Virus record (IMG/VR): IMGVR_UViG_2824317532_000001
Span: 32,001 to 96,000 of that record
Length of the DNA: 64,000 nucleotides
Reading direction: 5' to 3' (one strand)
Source of the DNA: a virus
Taxonomy: Duplodnaviria; Caudoviricetes
Shown here one piece after another: positions 9,100 through 17,931 of this stretch. The notes under the pieces are model-generated. The model saw nothing but the letters and a program-made list of their open reading frames with translations. It searched no databases and was not told where the DNA came from. The translations under genes were made by a program, and so were the position numbers. How positions within the stretch are numbered: the first letter of the stretch is position 1; each line of letters opens with the position of its first letter.

Positions 9100-10125
9100 A
9101 TGGCCGACGACATTGTTTTACCCGGTACCGCAGCCGTTGTCGCAACCGACGACATCGGCTCCGGCCGACAGGTCCAGCTCGTCAAGCCCGCGTTCGGGGC
9201 AGACGGCAGCGCGACCATGGTGTCCGGTAGCAACCCGCTCCCAGTCGGCCCGCCCGCATACCAGCAGTGGTCAGGGTCGGTTACCGGCACAGGCACGCTA
9301 GTCGGCTCGTTTGACGTGTCGGGCGGCTACACCGCAATCATCATCACCGTCACTGGGACCTTCAGTGGCACCACGGTGCTACAGGGCTCATTCGACGGCA
9401 CTAACTGGACGACCGTGAGTCTCTCCGCGATGGGAGCGTCGACGGCAGGCGTTGCCTCCAACGGCGACTTCACACAGTCGAGCACACCCAACGGCTCGAA
9501 CGGCTACTACGTGCCCGTCTGGTTCCGTTACTACCAGTTCGTGTGTACTGCCTATACCAGCGGCACGCGCACGTATCAGGTTGCCCTTACCGCCGCTCCG
9601 CTGCATGCGATGCGGGTCAATGTCGCGAACTCGTCGCTGTCGGTCTCTTCCTCGGCGACCGGTACTACGACTCTGTCGGACGCCCAGGCCAATACGCCGT
9701 GGAGCACCGTGGGTTCGCTCGGGCTGGGCTTTAACGGTGCCACCTGGTCCCGGCAGCGACTGGCGAACATCTTCAAGTCGGTCACCGCGACAGCCTCGGG
9801 TGACACGGCGGTGTGGACGCCGACGTCGGGTAAGCGCTGGCAGTTGCTGCGCTTCCAGTTGTTCGCTACCGCTGATGCCGCGCAGTCGAGCGGCGGGGTG
9901 ATCACCGTTACGCTGCGGGACGTCACCACCTCCACCGGACTCGCCATCCCCGTCTACGTACCCGCTACCGGTGGGACCGCGCTGGGCGGCTGGTCGTCGG
10001 GCTGGATCGACGTCGGCCCGTACGGCGTCCGCGCGGCAGCGATCAACACCAACCTGAACGTGAACCTCAGCGCAGCGCTCACTGCTGGGGCGATTGGCGT
10101 GGTGGCGGCTGGCACGGAAGAATGA
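9100..10125 (+). CDS. Virion structural protein (beta-rich, Ser/Thr/Gly-rich)
   Basis: MADDIVLPGT..ATDDI start; composition and position. Confidence 0.7.
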   Translation: MADDIVLPGTAAVVATDDIGSGRQVQLVKPAFGADGSATMVSGSNPLPVGPPAYQQWSGSVTGTGTLVGSFDVSGGYTAIIITVTGTFSGTTVLQGSFDGTNWTTVSLSAMGASTAGVASNGDFTQSSTPNGSNGYYVPVWFRYYQFVCTAYTSGTRTYQVALTAAPLHAMRVNVANSSLSVSSSATGTTTLSDAQANTPWSTVGSLGLGFNGATWSRQRLANIFKSVTATASGDTAVWTPTSGKRWQLLRFQLFATADAAQSSGGVITVTLRDVTTSTGLAIPVYVPATGGTALGGWSSGWIDVGPYGVRAAAINTNLNVNLSAALTAGAIGVVAAGTEE

Positions 10126-10728
10126 TCAGGCAGCCTTCGACCGCCGGGGCTTGCGTTTCTTGAACGTGTCAATAAGCGCCACACTGTTGCGCCGAAGGTG
10201 AATCTCTGGCGCGGACTGCCCAGGGATGTCGTAGGCCCGGAACGGCATCCCTGTAGCCCTGCAAAGGGCTGACAAGGCTGTGGTTTCACGCGTCCGCACA
10301 ACAACATGCCCGTCGACAGTGACATAACCGTCGCTGTCGACCATCCCGGAGATGATCGCCAAGCATTCATCGGATGGGTAGCTGACGGTTCCTTCCCGGA
10401 GCGCCTGCCTATCTGCGATGAGTTGAGACACGAGCGGCTTGCTACGAATCCGCATGGTGAAACCGTTGAAGCAGTAGTCCTTCGGCAAGCCCTTGATGGT
10501 TGAGGTTGAAAAATTGGTTCGAGTTACAGGCCGATAGTTCACCGGCTTTTTGACAATTCTCGCAAGGGCCATTGTGAATCTGGACATGAAGACTTCATCC
10601 TTGCACTCCATTGAGATGGTGTATCGCGTGTAGTACTTTCCGTTCCAGCTTTTTTCGCGGGTCAGGAAAAGAGATGCGTCGCCCAGCGTCACGCCAAGAA
10701 TGTATGCATAGGGATTTTCTTCTAGCAC
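10126..10728 (-). CDS. Free-standing LAGLIDADG homing endonuclease (two motifs)
   Basis: YAYILGVTLGDAS and LAIISGMVDSDGYV; much lower GC than flanks. Confidence 0.85.
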   Translation of the reverse strand: MLEENPYAYILGVTLGDASLFLTREKSWNGKYYTRYTISMECKDEVFMSRFTMALARIVKKPVNYRPVTRTNFSTSTIKGLPKDYCFNGFTMRIRSKPLVSQLIADRQALREGTVSYPSDECLAIISGMVDSDGYVTVDGHVVVRTRETTALSALCRATGMPFRAYDIPGQSAPEIHLRRNSVALIDTFKKRKPRRSKAA

Positions 10729-10818
10729 GTATAAATTGTATCCGCTTTGGCCTCTGAACCTCAGTGCCTAATGGGGTGACAGGCACCTGATGCAAGCCAA
10801 GAGCGGGGAGGTGTGGGC

Positions 10819-12354
10819 GTGTCCCTGCTGCTGCTGTTCAATCAGGGTGGCGGCGGTAGCGGAGGCACCCACAACGCCGACGCCACCCTCACCGCCTCCG
10901 GCAGCCTCGCCGCGACAGCCACCCAGGACACGAGCACCACCGCCACCCTCGCCGCCACCGGAACACTGGCGGCCGCCGGCGAACGCACCCAGGCGGCGAC
11001 GGCAACGCTCAACGCGACCGGCGAGCTCACCAGCACCGGTGTTCGCGCCCAAGACACGACGGCCACGCTGGCGGCGACGGGCGCTCTGGCAGGCAGCGGC
11101 CTCCGCTCCACCGACGCCACCGCCACCCTGGCAGCAACCGGCACGCTCACCGCCGATGGTGAGATCCCTGGTCAGCTCCAGCATGTATTCACCGACCAGA
11201 CGCCGACCATCACCGACGCGTCGGACGGCACTCCTGGCATCACCTTCGGCACCACGATTCGGTCCGCAGTGGACGGCTACGTCACCGGCGTCCGCTGGTA
11301 CACCACCACCACGACCAGCGGCACCTACATCGGCGCGCTCTACGAGGTCACCGCCGCCGACGACCCCACCCCGGCCGGCACCGAACTAGCGCAGAAGACC
11401 CTGGTGGGCTCGCCAACGAGCAGCGGCTGGAACAGCATCACCTTCGACTCGCCGGTCCCGATCACCGCCGGCGTCCTCTACCGCGCCGCCGTCCACAGCA
11501 GCGCCGGCCGGTACGTGTACTCGGCCAACGTGCACAACAGCGACATCACCAACGGCGACCTGATCGCCGATGCCGCCGGTGACGACCCGGTCGGGCTTGG
11601 CACGCTCAGGCAGGCCACGTTCACGATCTCGGCCGGACTCGCCTACCCGGCCACCGGCGCCGGGAGCAACGGCAGCTACTTCGCCGACTGGGACTTCGTC
11701 GCCGACGCACTACCGGTCGAGGGCAGCGCCACCCTGGCCGCCACGGGCGGTCTCACAGCGGCCGGGGACCGTACCGCGGTCGCCACCGTCACTCTCTCCG
11801 GCAGCGGAAGCCTGGCAGCCGCCGCCGACCGCAGCCAGTTCGCCGACACCACACTCTCCGGCACCGGCACCCTCAACGCCACGGCGGCACTAGCTGCGGC
11901 CGATGCCGCCACGCTTTCGGCCTCAGGCGCGCTGGCTGCGACGGCGGCCCGGGAGACGTCCGACACTGCGACTCTGTCCGTTCAGGGCGCTCTCACTGCT
12001 GCCTCGACAGTCGAGCGGGTCACTCTGGCGACGTTCGCCGGCACTGCTGCCCTCGCCGCGATAGGCGAGGTAGCGAACGAGCAGGCGGCAACGCTGGCGG
12101 CGTCCGCCAGTCTCACCGCCTCCGCGACTATCGCGCACAGTACGGCCGGGACGTTCGCTGCCGTCGGATCTTTGACGGCGGAGGCCGGATCATCCGTGTC
12201 CGCGACAGCAGTGCTAGCCGGAACCGGAACCCTGTCCGCCGCTACGGTCACCCGGCGGCAGCCAGGCCGGTACACGACCGGCTCCACCCGGCCCCGAATC
12301 ACCGCAGGCTCGGTACGGGCCGGCACCTACCGGACGGGAGGCGTCGATGGGTAG
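10819..12354 (+). CDS. Virion fibre-like protein with DUF4082-like domain and ATLAATG repeats
   Basis: ITFGTTIRSAVDGYVTGVRWY; ~19-aa Ala/Thr repeats on both sides. Confidence 0.72.
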   Translation: MSLLLLFNQGGGGSGGTHNADATLTASGSLAATATQDTSTTATLAATGTLAAAGERTQAATATLNATGELTSTGVRAQDTTATLAATGALAGSGLRSTDATATLAATGTLTADGEIPGQLQHVFTDQTPTITDASDGTPGITFGTTIRSAVDGYVTGVRWYTTTTTSGTYIGALYEVTAADDPTPAGTELAQKTLVGSPTSSGWNSITFDSPVPITAGVLYRAAVHSSAGRYVYSANVHNSDITNGDLIADAAGDDPVGLGTLRQATFTISAGLAYPATGAGSNGSYFADWDFVADALPVEGSATLAATGGLTAAGDRTAVATVTLSGSGSLAAAADRSQFADTTLSGTGTLNATAALAAADAATLSASGALAATAARETSDTATLSVQGALTAASTVERVTLATFAGTAALAAIGEVANEQAATLAASASLTASATIAHSTAGTFAAVGSLTAEAGSSVSATAVLAGTGTLSAATVTRRQPGRYTTGSTRPRITAGSVRAGTYRTGGVDG

Positions 12355-13114
12355 CGACCTTGGAGTCGGTGACGCGGATCTGCCGTACATCACCGTGTTG
12401 CCGGCCGACACGGACACGGTGGCGACGCTAACCGCGACCGCCCCGGACGGCACCAGCACCGACGTTCCGGTCTCGGGTGGCGCGCTGGAGCCGGTAGCGG
12501 GCACGGATCCGGCCGAGTCACGGCAGACGTGGACCGCCGACGACCCGCTCGAATACACGCAGCCCGGCCGGTGGGTCCTCACCTGGACCGTCACGGGCAC
12601 CGGCGAAGGCGTCGAAGACGTCGAGGTCTTCGTGGTCGCCTCACCCACAGCGGGCGGGCCGACCTGGACACCGGGCCGGTCGCGGGTCGCGAACTACGTG
12701 CCCCATCGCACTCTCGTCCGGTCCGCTGCCAGCACCGTCACATCCGAAGACGAACACGCCTACACGTTCGATGAGACGACCACCCCCACCGGCCGGCAAG
12801 TCGACGCACTCATCGTCGACTCGGCAGCCTGGGTGTCGGCACGGGTCCCCAACCTGACCGCCACCCACCACGCACTCGCCCGTGCCGCCGCCGCACTCCT
12901 GAGCGCCGCCTGGGTGGAACGGTCCTGGCCGAACGACGACCAGTCTTTGCAGCGCGCCAACGACATGGAGCGCCGGGCCGATCTGTTGATGGCCGATCTG
13001 GTGTCGGCGTCGAACACGGAGACGGACTCCGGGGACTTCGGCCTGGACATCGCCTACCCGGTGTGGTCATTTCCAGTTGCCGACCCGCGCTACGACGACG
13101 CCAGCTACTGGTAG
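12347..13114 (+). CDS. Putative head-tail adaptor with N-terminal Ig-like domain
   Basis: Position; beta-rich N-terminus, helical C-terminus. Confidence 0.55.
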   Translation: MGSDLGVGDADLPYITVLPADTDTVATLTATAPDGTSTDVPVSGGALEPVAGTDPAESRQTWTADDPLEYTQPGRWVLTWTVTGTGEGVEDVEVFVVASPTAGGPTWTPGRSRVANYVPHRTLVRSAASTVTSEDEHAYTFDETTTPTGRQVDALIVDSAAWVSARVPNLTATHHALARAAAALLSAAWVERSWPNDDQSLQRANDMERRADLLMADLVSASNTETDSGDFGLDIAYPVWSFPVADPRYDDASYW

Positions 13115-13290
13115 CCGCCCGCCTCAACCTCCTGTCCGGCGATGGCCTCCGCCTGCAACGGCTCGAACGCGATCACGATGGCAAGCTGCTCGGCCCGATC
13201 CTCCGGGCTGTCCGGGTAATCAGGCATGGCCCGGCGGCGCTCGGCGGCGGCGGCCCGGAGTTCTCGCAGGCGTCGGCGCGGCTCAGTCAT
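13105..13290 (-). CDS. Hypothetical protein
   Basis: ATGA-coupled to upstream minus-strand gene. Confidence 0.5.
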   Translation of the reverse strand: MTEPRRRLRELRAAAAERRRAMPDYPDSPEDRAEQLAIVIAFEPLQAEAIAGQEVEAGGYQ

Positions 13291-13613
13291 TCAGGTAGCC
13301 GCCACTCGTCACGGAAGTCCGGGTGGCCGGCGAACGGCTGCACGAGATGTCGAATCGCGCGGGTTTCGCCAGCCTCCCACGAGTACTCATCGAGGATGGC
13401 CCGCTTCGCCGCGATGTCGGCCAGCACGTGGTCCGGATTCCACGCGGCGATATGCACCGCGTCGCCGGGTTCAAGCGGGCCGACGGTGCGGTGGTGGTAG
13501 CCGGGCGGTGTGACGTACTCACGGCTCCACACCCATAGCCCGGCAGTCGCCTGCTGGGCGATCTGCTCAGCCTCGTCGAGCCGCGCCCGGTAGAACTCGA
13601 TCAGGTCGTCCAC
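13287..13613 (-). CDS. DUF6221-like actinophage protein
   Basis: DLIEFYRARLDE...HIAAWNPDHVLADIAAKRAIL...FAGHPDFRDEW. Confidence 0.75.
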   Translation of the reverse strand: MDDLIEFYRARLDEAEQIAQQATAGLWVWSREYVTPPGYHHRTVGPLEPGDAVHIAAWNPDHVLADIAAKRAILDEYSWEAGETRAIRHLVQPFAGHPDFRDEWRLPE

Positions 13614-13698
13614 GTGTCTCCTCTACTTGGCAGCAGCTTCGCACTACTTCACACCCAACATCGCACAGGTGCGAGGTAGTGCGAAGCTCGCGGCAGGC

Positions 13699-13917
13699 TC
13701 ACTCGCCGTCGAGACCCGGATGGCCGAGTTCGTCGAACACCTCCGCCCGGATCGCCCGCCGCAGCGACCACAACTGGGCATTCGCGAGCTCCGCGTCGCC
13801 GCCATAGTGACGGGCGAGCGCACCGGTGACAACCAGCCACACGTCGAGGCCAATCGCCCAGCCTTCGGCTTCCAGCGCCTCGTCGTCGTAGCCCTCGGGC
13901 TGAGTCGGACCGGGCAT
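13699..13917 (-). CDS. Hypothetical protein
   Basis: AAGGAG SD; 72 aa. Confidence 0.55.
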   Translation of the reverse strand: MPGPTQPEGYDDEALEAEGWAIGLDVWLVVTGALARHYGGDAELANAQLWSLRRAIRAEVFDELGHPGLDGE

Positions 13918-14044
13918 GTCTTCTCCTTCGGTGCGGTCTTGAACTTCTCACCGACGAGCAGCGGGCGGCATCGCTCGTCGAGGTGTTCTGCTCTTCCGGA
14001 TCTTCACGTCGGCCGCGTCGAGCGAAGCGAGCGCGTGCAGTCGG

Positions 14045-14587
14045 TTACTGCGGATAGCTCATCTCCAGCCGCGCATGGTTGGCGTCGAGGCACCAGTCAC
14101 AGTTGCACCCAGCGATGCGGTAGATCGCGTCCTCCCACTCCTCCTTCCACTCGTGCCCAATGATGCAGCGATAGCGGATCGTGAGGTTGCCTTCGGCCCA
14201 TTCCATCCGTGTTGGCAGGTGCCCACGGTGCTTGCCGGTGACCGCGTAAGCGCACTTCCAGCACGAACCGCTGAAATGGGCTGGGTCAGTAGGTGGCCCG
14301 ATCACGACGGCGGCGAGTCTCCGCTTGTCGGAGTTGTAAGTGATGTTGTGAACCGGACGCTCGGTGACAATCGCGGACTTCTCGGCGGCCTCGACCTCCT
14401 TGCGGGTGTCGAAGTGCTCCACCTTGACCGTCATAACGTCCCGCCACCAGCCTTTGAGCTTGGCGTGGTCATACCAGCGGATTCCGGGGTCGCCGGTGAT
14501 GCCGATGTAGAGCAGGGCATCAGAGGCGTCGTAGAAGCGATAAAGCGTCTGATCCTGGTCGGCATCTTCTTGTGCAACGATGGTCAC
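14045..14587 (-). CDS. GIY-YIG nuclease family protein
   Basis: LYRFYD..LLYIGIT...R...EKSAIVTERPVHN; C-terminal Cys cluster. Confidence 0.85.
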   Translation of the reverse strand: MTIVAQEDADQDQTLYRFYDASDALLYIGITGDPGIRWYDHAKLKGWWRDVMTVKVEHFDTRKEVEAAEKSAIVTERPVHNITYNSDKRRLAAVVIGPPTDPAHFSGSCWKCAYAVTGKHRGHLPTRMEWAEGNLTIRYRCIIGHEWKEEWEDAIYRIAGCNCDWCLDANHARLEMSYPQ

Positions 14588-14728
14588 GGGTCGCCTCCCG
14601 ATAGGCGGTCAAGGGCCGGGATTACAGGAGCGCCAACTCCTGCCCGGCCCGTCTTAATTTGAGCCTTGATTATCTCACGCAAAGACGATCATTAACGCCC
14701 GCGTCACCCCGAACGGGAGGTGGCGACA

Positions 14729-15121
14729 ATGGCCTCCGTCCGCGTGACTTTCCGCCCCAACTCGCGCGGCGTGCGCCAGGCCGGGTCGTCCAACGCGATC
14801 TACCGTGAGCTGGAACGACGCGCCAACAAAGTCATCACCCTCGCCCAACAAATCGCCGCACCCCACCGCGACACCGGCGAATACCACAACTCATTCCGCA
14901 CCGAACGCACACGCATTCGCGGAATGGCAGCCGTACAAGTCGTGAACGACTCAGACCATGCCGTGATCTTGGAGAACGGGTCACGTCCCCACGTCATCGA
15001 ACCCAAAAACAAGAAGGCACTCGCCTGGCCCGGCGCACGACACCCGGTGCGGCGCGTCAACCACCCCGGCACGCCGGCGCTCCACGTCCTTAGACGCGCG
15101 CTGAGAGCAGCAGGTCGCTGA
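14729..15121 (+). CDS. Head-tail joining protein (HK97 gp10-like)
   Basis: APHRDTG..HAVILENGSRPHVI..VNHPGT. Confidence 0.8.
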   Translation: MASVRVTFRPNSRGVRQAGSSNAIYRELERRANKVITLAQQIAAPHRDTGEYHNSFRTERTRIRGMAAVQVVNDSDHAVILENGSRPHVIEPKNKKALAWPGARHPVRRVNHPGTPALHVLRRALRAAGR

Positions 15122-15510
15122 TGGCCGAGTACGCAGACCCCGAACTCATCATCAGCGAGTGGCTGGCTACCGTCACCGGGCTAAAGATCTGGTGCGATCC
15201 CAACCTGCCACCGAACCTCCGGTTTACGGCAGCGTTCAACCACCTGCAACGCGCGCCCGGCACCGACGACCTGGCGGTCAGCCTCGATGAGCCGCTGTTC
15301 GACGTCGACACCTACGCCGCCGAAGCCGCCCACGCCCGGAACGCCGCCCACACCATCTGGCAGGCGATGACGTTCCTGCTCCCCCGGCACACCTTCGCAA
15401 ACGGGATCTTTGTGAAGCGAGTGAAGGCGTCACCGCCCTGCTGGTCACCCGACCCGACGGTCTACCGGCGCACCGCCTCATACCGCGTGCTCCTGCACGG
15501 CGTCATCTAA
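15121..15510 (+). CDS. Tail terminator-like protein
   Basis: Position, size, FDVDTYA motif. Confidence 0.7.
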   Translation: MAEYADPELIISEWLATVTGLKIWCDPNLPPNLRFTAAFNHLQRAPGTDDLAVSLDEPLFDVDTYAAEAAHARNAAHTIWQAMTFLLPRHTFANGIFVKRVKASPPCWSPDPTVYRRTASYRVLLHGVI

Positions 15511-15579
15511 CCCACCAATACTTCCCCACTACCCGGACGGCGGCGCCGTGTCGGGCCTTTCTGCATGCCCGGAGGAACC

Positions 15580-16092
15580 ATGTCGCTGACCAGCCGAATC
15601 ACCATTGCCGCGTCCGCAATGCAGACCGCCGCCCTAGACCTGGGCTCCGCGTCCGCCCAGCTGGCCAAGAGCTACATGACGGACCTCACTGACGGTACGT
15701 CCGCCGGCCAGGCGAACCGGATCTTCCACGACACGCGCACGCTCGCCGCGAGTTCGTCTGAGGACATCGACCTGGCGGGTGTGCTCACTGACGCGTTCGG
15801 GTCCACCATCACGCTCGCCCGGGTCAAGGGCCTGATCATCGCGGCGGCAGCGGCGAACACCAACAACGTGCTCGTGGGTGGAGCCTCGGCGACGCAGTTC
15901 GTGTCCTGGAACGGCGGTGCCACGCACACGGTGACTGTCCGCCCGGGGGCGGTGTTCGCTCTGGTGGCCGGGTCCGCCGACGCGACCGGCTACGTGACGG
16001 CCGCCGGCTCTACCGACCTGTTGAAGATCGCGAACTCGTCGTCGGGCACGAGCGTCACCTACGACATCGTGGTCATCGGCTGCTCTGCCTGA
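15580..16092 (+). CDS. Virion structural protein
   Basis: GGAGG SD; DIDLAGVLTDAFG..ARVKGL family; beta-rich. Confidence 0.65.
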   Translation: MSLTSRITIAASAMQTAALDLGSASAQLAKSYMTDLTDGTSAGQANRIFHDTRTLAASSSEDIDLAGVLTDAFGSTITLARVKGLIIAAAAANTNNVLVGGASATQFVSWNGGATHTVTVRPGAVFALVAGSADATGYVTAAGSTDLLKIANSSSGTSVTYDIVVIGCSA

Positions 16093-16163
16093 TCCTTCTC
16101 GGCTTTCCGAATTCCCTACCCGGCGACCGCCGGGCCTTTGCCATGCCACAAGGAGGCTGACCC

Positions 16164-16724
16164 ATGGCGGTCGACATCACCCTGATCAGGGCGTACACCA
16201 ACGGGGCCGTATACACCACCAGCTCTTCGGCGGTCACCGCTACCGCACCGACCGACGCGGGCTCCTCGCTCGACCCCGATTTCCAGGAGGTCGGCGCGAT
16301 CTCCGAGGACGGCATCACCGAATCCACCAGCCAGGACCGGACCGATGTGTTCATCTGGCAGAACAACACACTCGCCCGTCGTATCCCCGGTCAGACGACC
16401 AAAACCTGGACCCTGGCAGCGAGTGAAACGAACCTGATGACGCTGGGGGTTCAGTTCGCGGGCTCGACCATCACCCAGACAGCCGAGGGTGTTTCGATCG
16501 AGGAGAAGGCACCCGGAACCGACATCCGTCAGTGGGTGCTGCACGGCATCGACGGCAGCGATCTGCAGCGCATCTACGTTCCGCTCGGTGAGGTGACCGA
16601 GCGGGGCGACGTGGTGTGGTCGGCGGCCGGGGTCACTGTCTACGAGTGGACCTTGAGCGCCTACGCCGACCCTTCGGGAAATTTCGCGTACCGGTACATC
16701 GCGTCAGACGCGCTTGCCCTCTGA
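16164..16724 (+). CDS. Major tail tube protein
   Basis: GAISEDGIT, GEVTERGDVV, YEWTLSAY; AAGGAGG SD. Confidence 0.88.
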   Translation: MAVDITLIRAYTNGAVYTTSSSAVTATAPTDAGSSLDPDFQEVGAISEDGITESTSQDRTDVFIWQNNTLARRIPGQTTKTWTLAASETNLMTLGVQFAGSTITQTAEGVSIEEKAPGTDIRQWVLHGIDGSDLQRIYVPLGEVTERGDVVWSAAGVTVYEWTLSAYADPSGNFAYRYIASDALAL

Positions 16725-16800
16725 CCCCCTATTCGACGTCGCCGGTCCCGCGCGGGTGACCGGCGGCGTCTCCTACCCGCGTACTCGCGCAAGGAGTGTC

Positions 16801-17163
16801 ATGACAGCAGTACAGATCATGCCCGGCGGGGAAGGCTCCGCCGGATACATCGCCACCCTCGCCGGTGTCAGCCTGCCCATCGACTCGTACGCCGCCGAAC
16901 CCGACGCCGAGGGCAGGCTGATCGTGTCGCTGGCCGTGTTCGCGGACAGCCTGCAGATCGGTGTGCCGCCGCGTCGTTCCGATCTGGAGTCCACGCGGCG
17001 CATGGAGACACCCAACCAGCCGCCGGTCAGCACGTGGGGCGACCCGCGCCAACCGGATCCGCGGGCGAACATTCCGGGCTGGCAGCCACCACCCGCGAGA
17101 GCGGATGCGGGCCGCGGGCAGACCGGCGAGTACCCGCCCGTGTCGCACCGGAGGGCACAGTGA
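16801..17163 (+). CDS. Hypothetical protein
   Basis: AAGGAG SD; GTGA overlap with chaperone gene. Confidence 0.6.
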   Translation: MTAVQIMPGGEGSAGYIATLAGVSLPIDSYAAEPDAEGRLIVSLAVFADSLQIGVPPRRSDLESTRRMETPNQPPVSTWGDPRQPDPRANIPGWQPPPARADAGRGQTGEYPPVSHRRAQ

Positions 17164-17651
17164 CCGAGTTCGCGCCGCCCCCCGGCCAGGGCTACGACCT
17201 ACAGCGCACCTACGCCGAAAACAAGCCCGATTTCTGGTTCCGGTGGGCCGACCGCTGGTGGCGGCTACCGAACATGCACATGCTCGACTTTGATATCCAA
17301 GTCGACGTCATGGGCTTCCAAGGCCGGGTGTCGGAAGACAACCCCGACGTCAACGCCTTGAAGGCGATGGTCAACGACCTGTTCGACCTCATCATGGACG
17401 CCGGACATGAAGGCCAGGCCTCCGACTGGCGGGCCGTGAAGCCCCGGCCGCTGCCGATGCTGATGGACCTGCTGTCCCAGTGGTCCGAACAATCTGGCGT
17501 CGATGAGGGGGAATCCTCGGCCTCCACCAGCTCCTCACCGAGCACGGGGAGGCCATCGAAGCGGACCTCGAAGCCGTCTACGGCATCCGGCTCGGCGCGG
17601 CGCTCTACGGCCCGACCGCGGGAGGCCGGCGCACTGCCCGCGAACTCCTAG
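17160..17651 (+). CDS. Tail assembly chaperone (G-like)
   Basis: Upstream of tape measure; contains G-GGG-GAA slippery site. Confidence 0.8.
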   Translation: MTEFAPPPGQGYDLQRTYAENKPDFWFRWADRWWRLPNMHMLDFDIQVDVMGFQGRVSEDNPDVNALKAMVNDLFDLIMDAGHEGQASDWRAVKPRPLPMLMDLLSQWSEQSGVDEGESSASTSSSPSTGRPSKRTSKPSTASGSARRSTARPREAGALPANS

Positions 17652-17914
17652 TCCGGATCAAATACTTGCCGTCCGGTGGCGCCTTGGACCGGGCACGGCG
17701 GGGTCCGATGGCTGAGTGGGGTGTCAATGAGTTCCTGCTTCGCCAGATCGATCTGCGCCTGGCGGGCGCGAACTGGCAGCGCGGCGGCGGTAAGGGGCAG
17801 AAACCGAAACCGGTCGAGCTACCGAAGCAGAAGGTGCCACGGACGAAACCGGCGGGCCCGGATGTCGCGCAGCGGCTGATGAATCTCGGACTGATCCCGC
17901 CTGGCGGTAGCTGA
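17507..17914 (+). CDS. Tail assembly chaperone -1 frameshift extension (T-like)
   Basis: -1 frame open from slippery site: GILGLHQLLTEHGEAIEADL...NWQRGGGKGQKPKP. Confidence 0.8.
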   Translation, partial: GGILGLHQLLTEHGEAIEADLEAVYGIRLGAALYGPTAGGRRTARELLVRIKYLPSGGALDRARRGPMAEWGVNEFLLRQIDLRLAGANWQRGGGKGQKPKPVELPKQKVPRTKPAGPDVAQRLMNLGLIPPGGS

Positions 17915-17931
17915 ATCAGCGGGTCGGGGGT

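Noticed and set aside
8214-10812. Group I introns or inteins around HNH and LAGLIDADG
   Set aside because: Endonucleases are antisense, flanking genes have their own starts and stops, and no intron core or intein splice motifs were recognised
10870-12250. Tandem DNA repeats / DGR target
   Set aside because: Degenerate coding repeats (ATLAATG); no reverse transcriptase or adenine-specific variant pair seen
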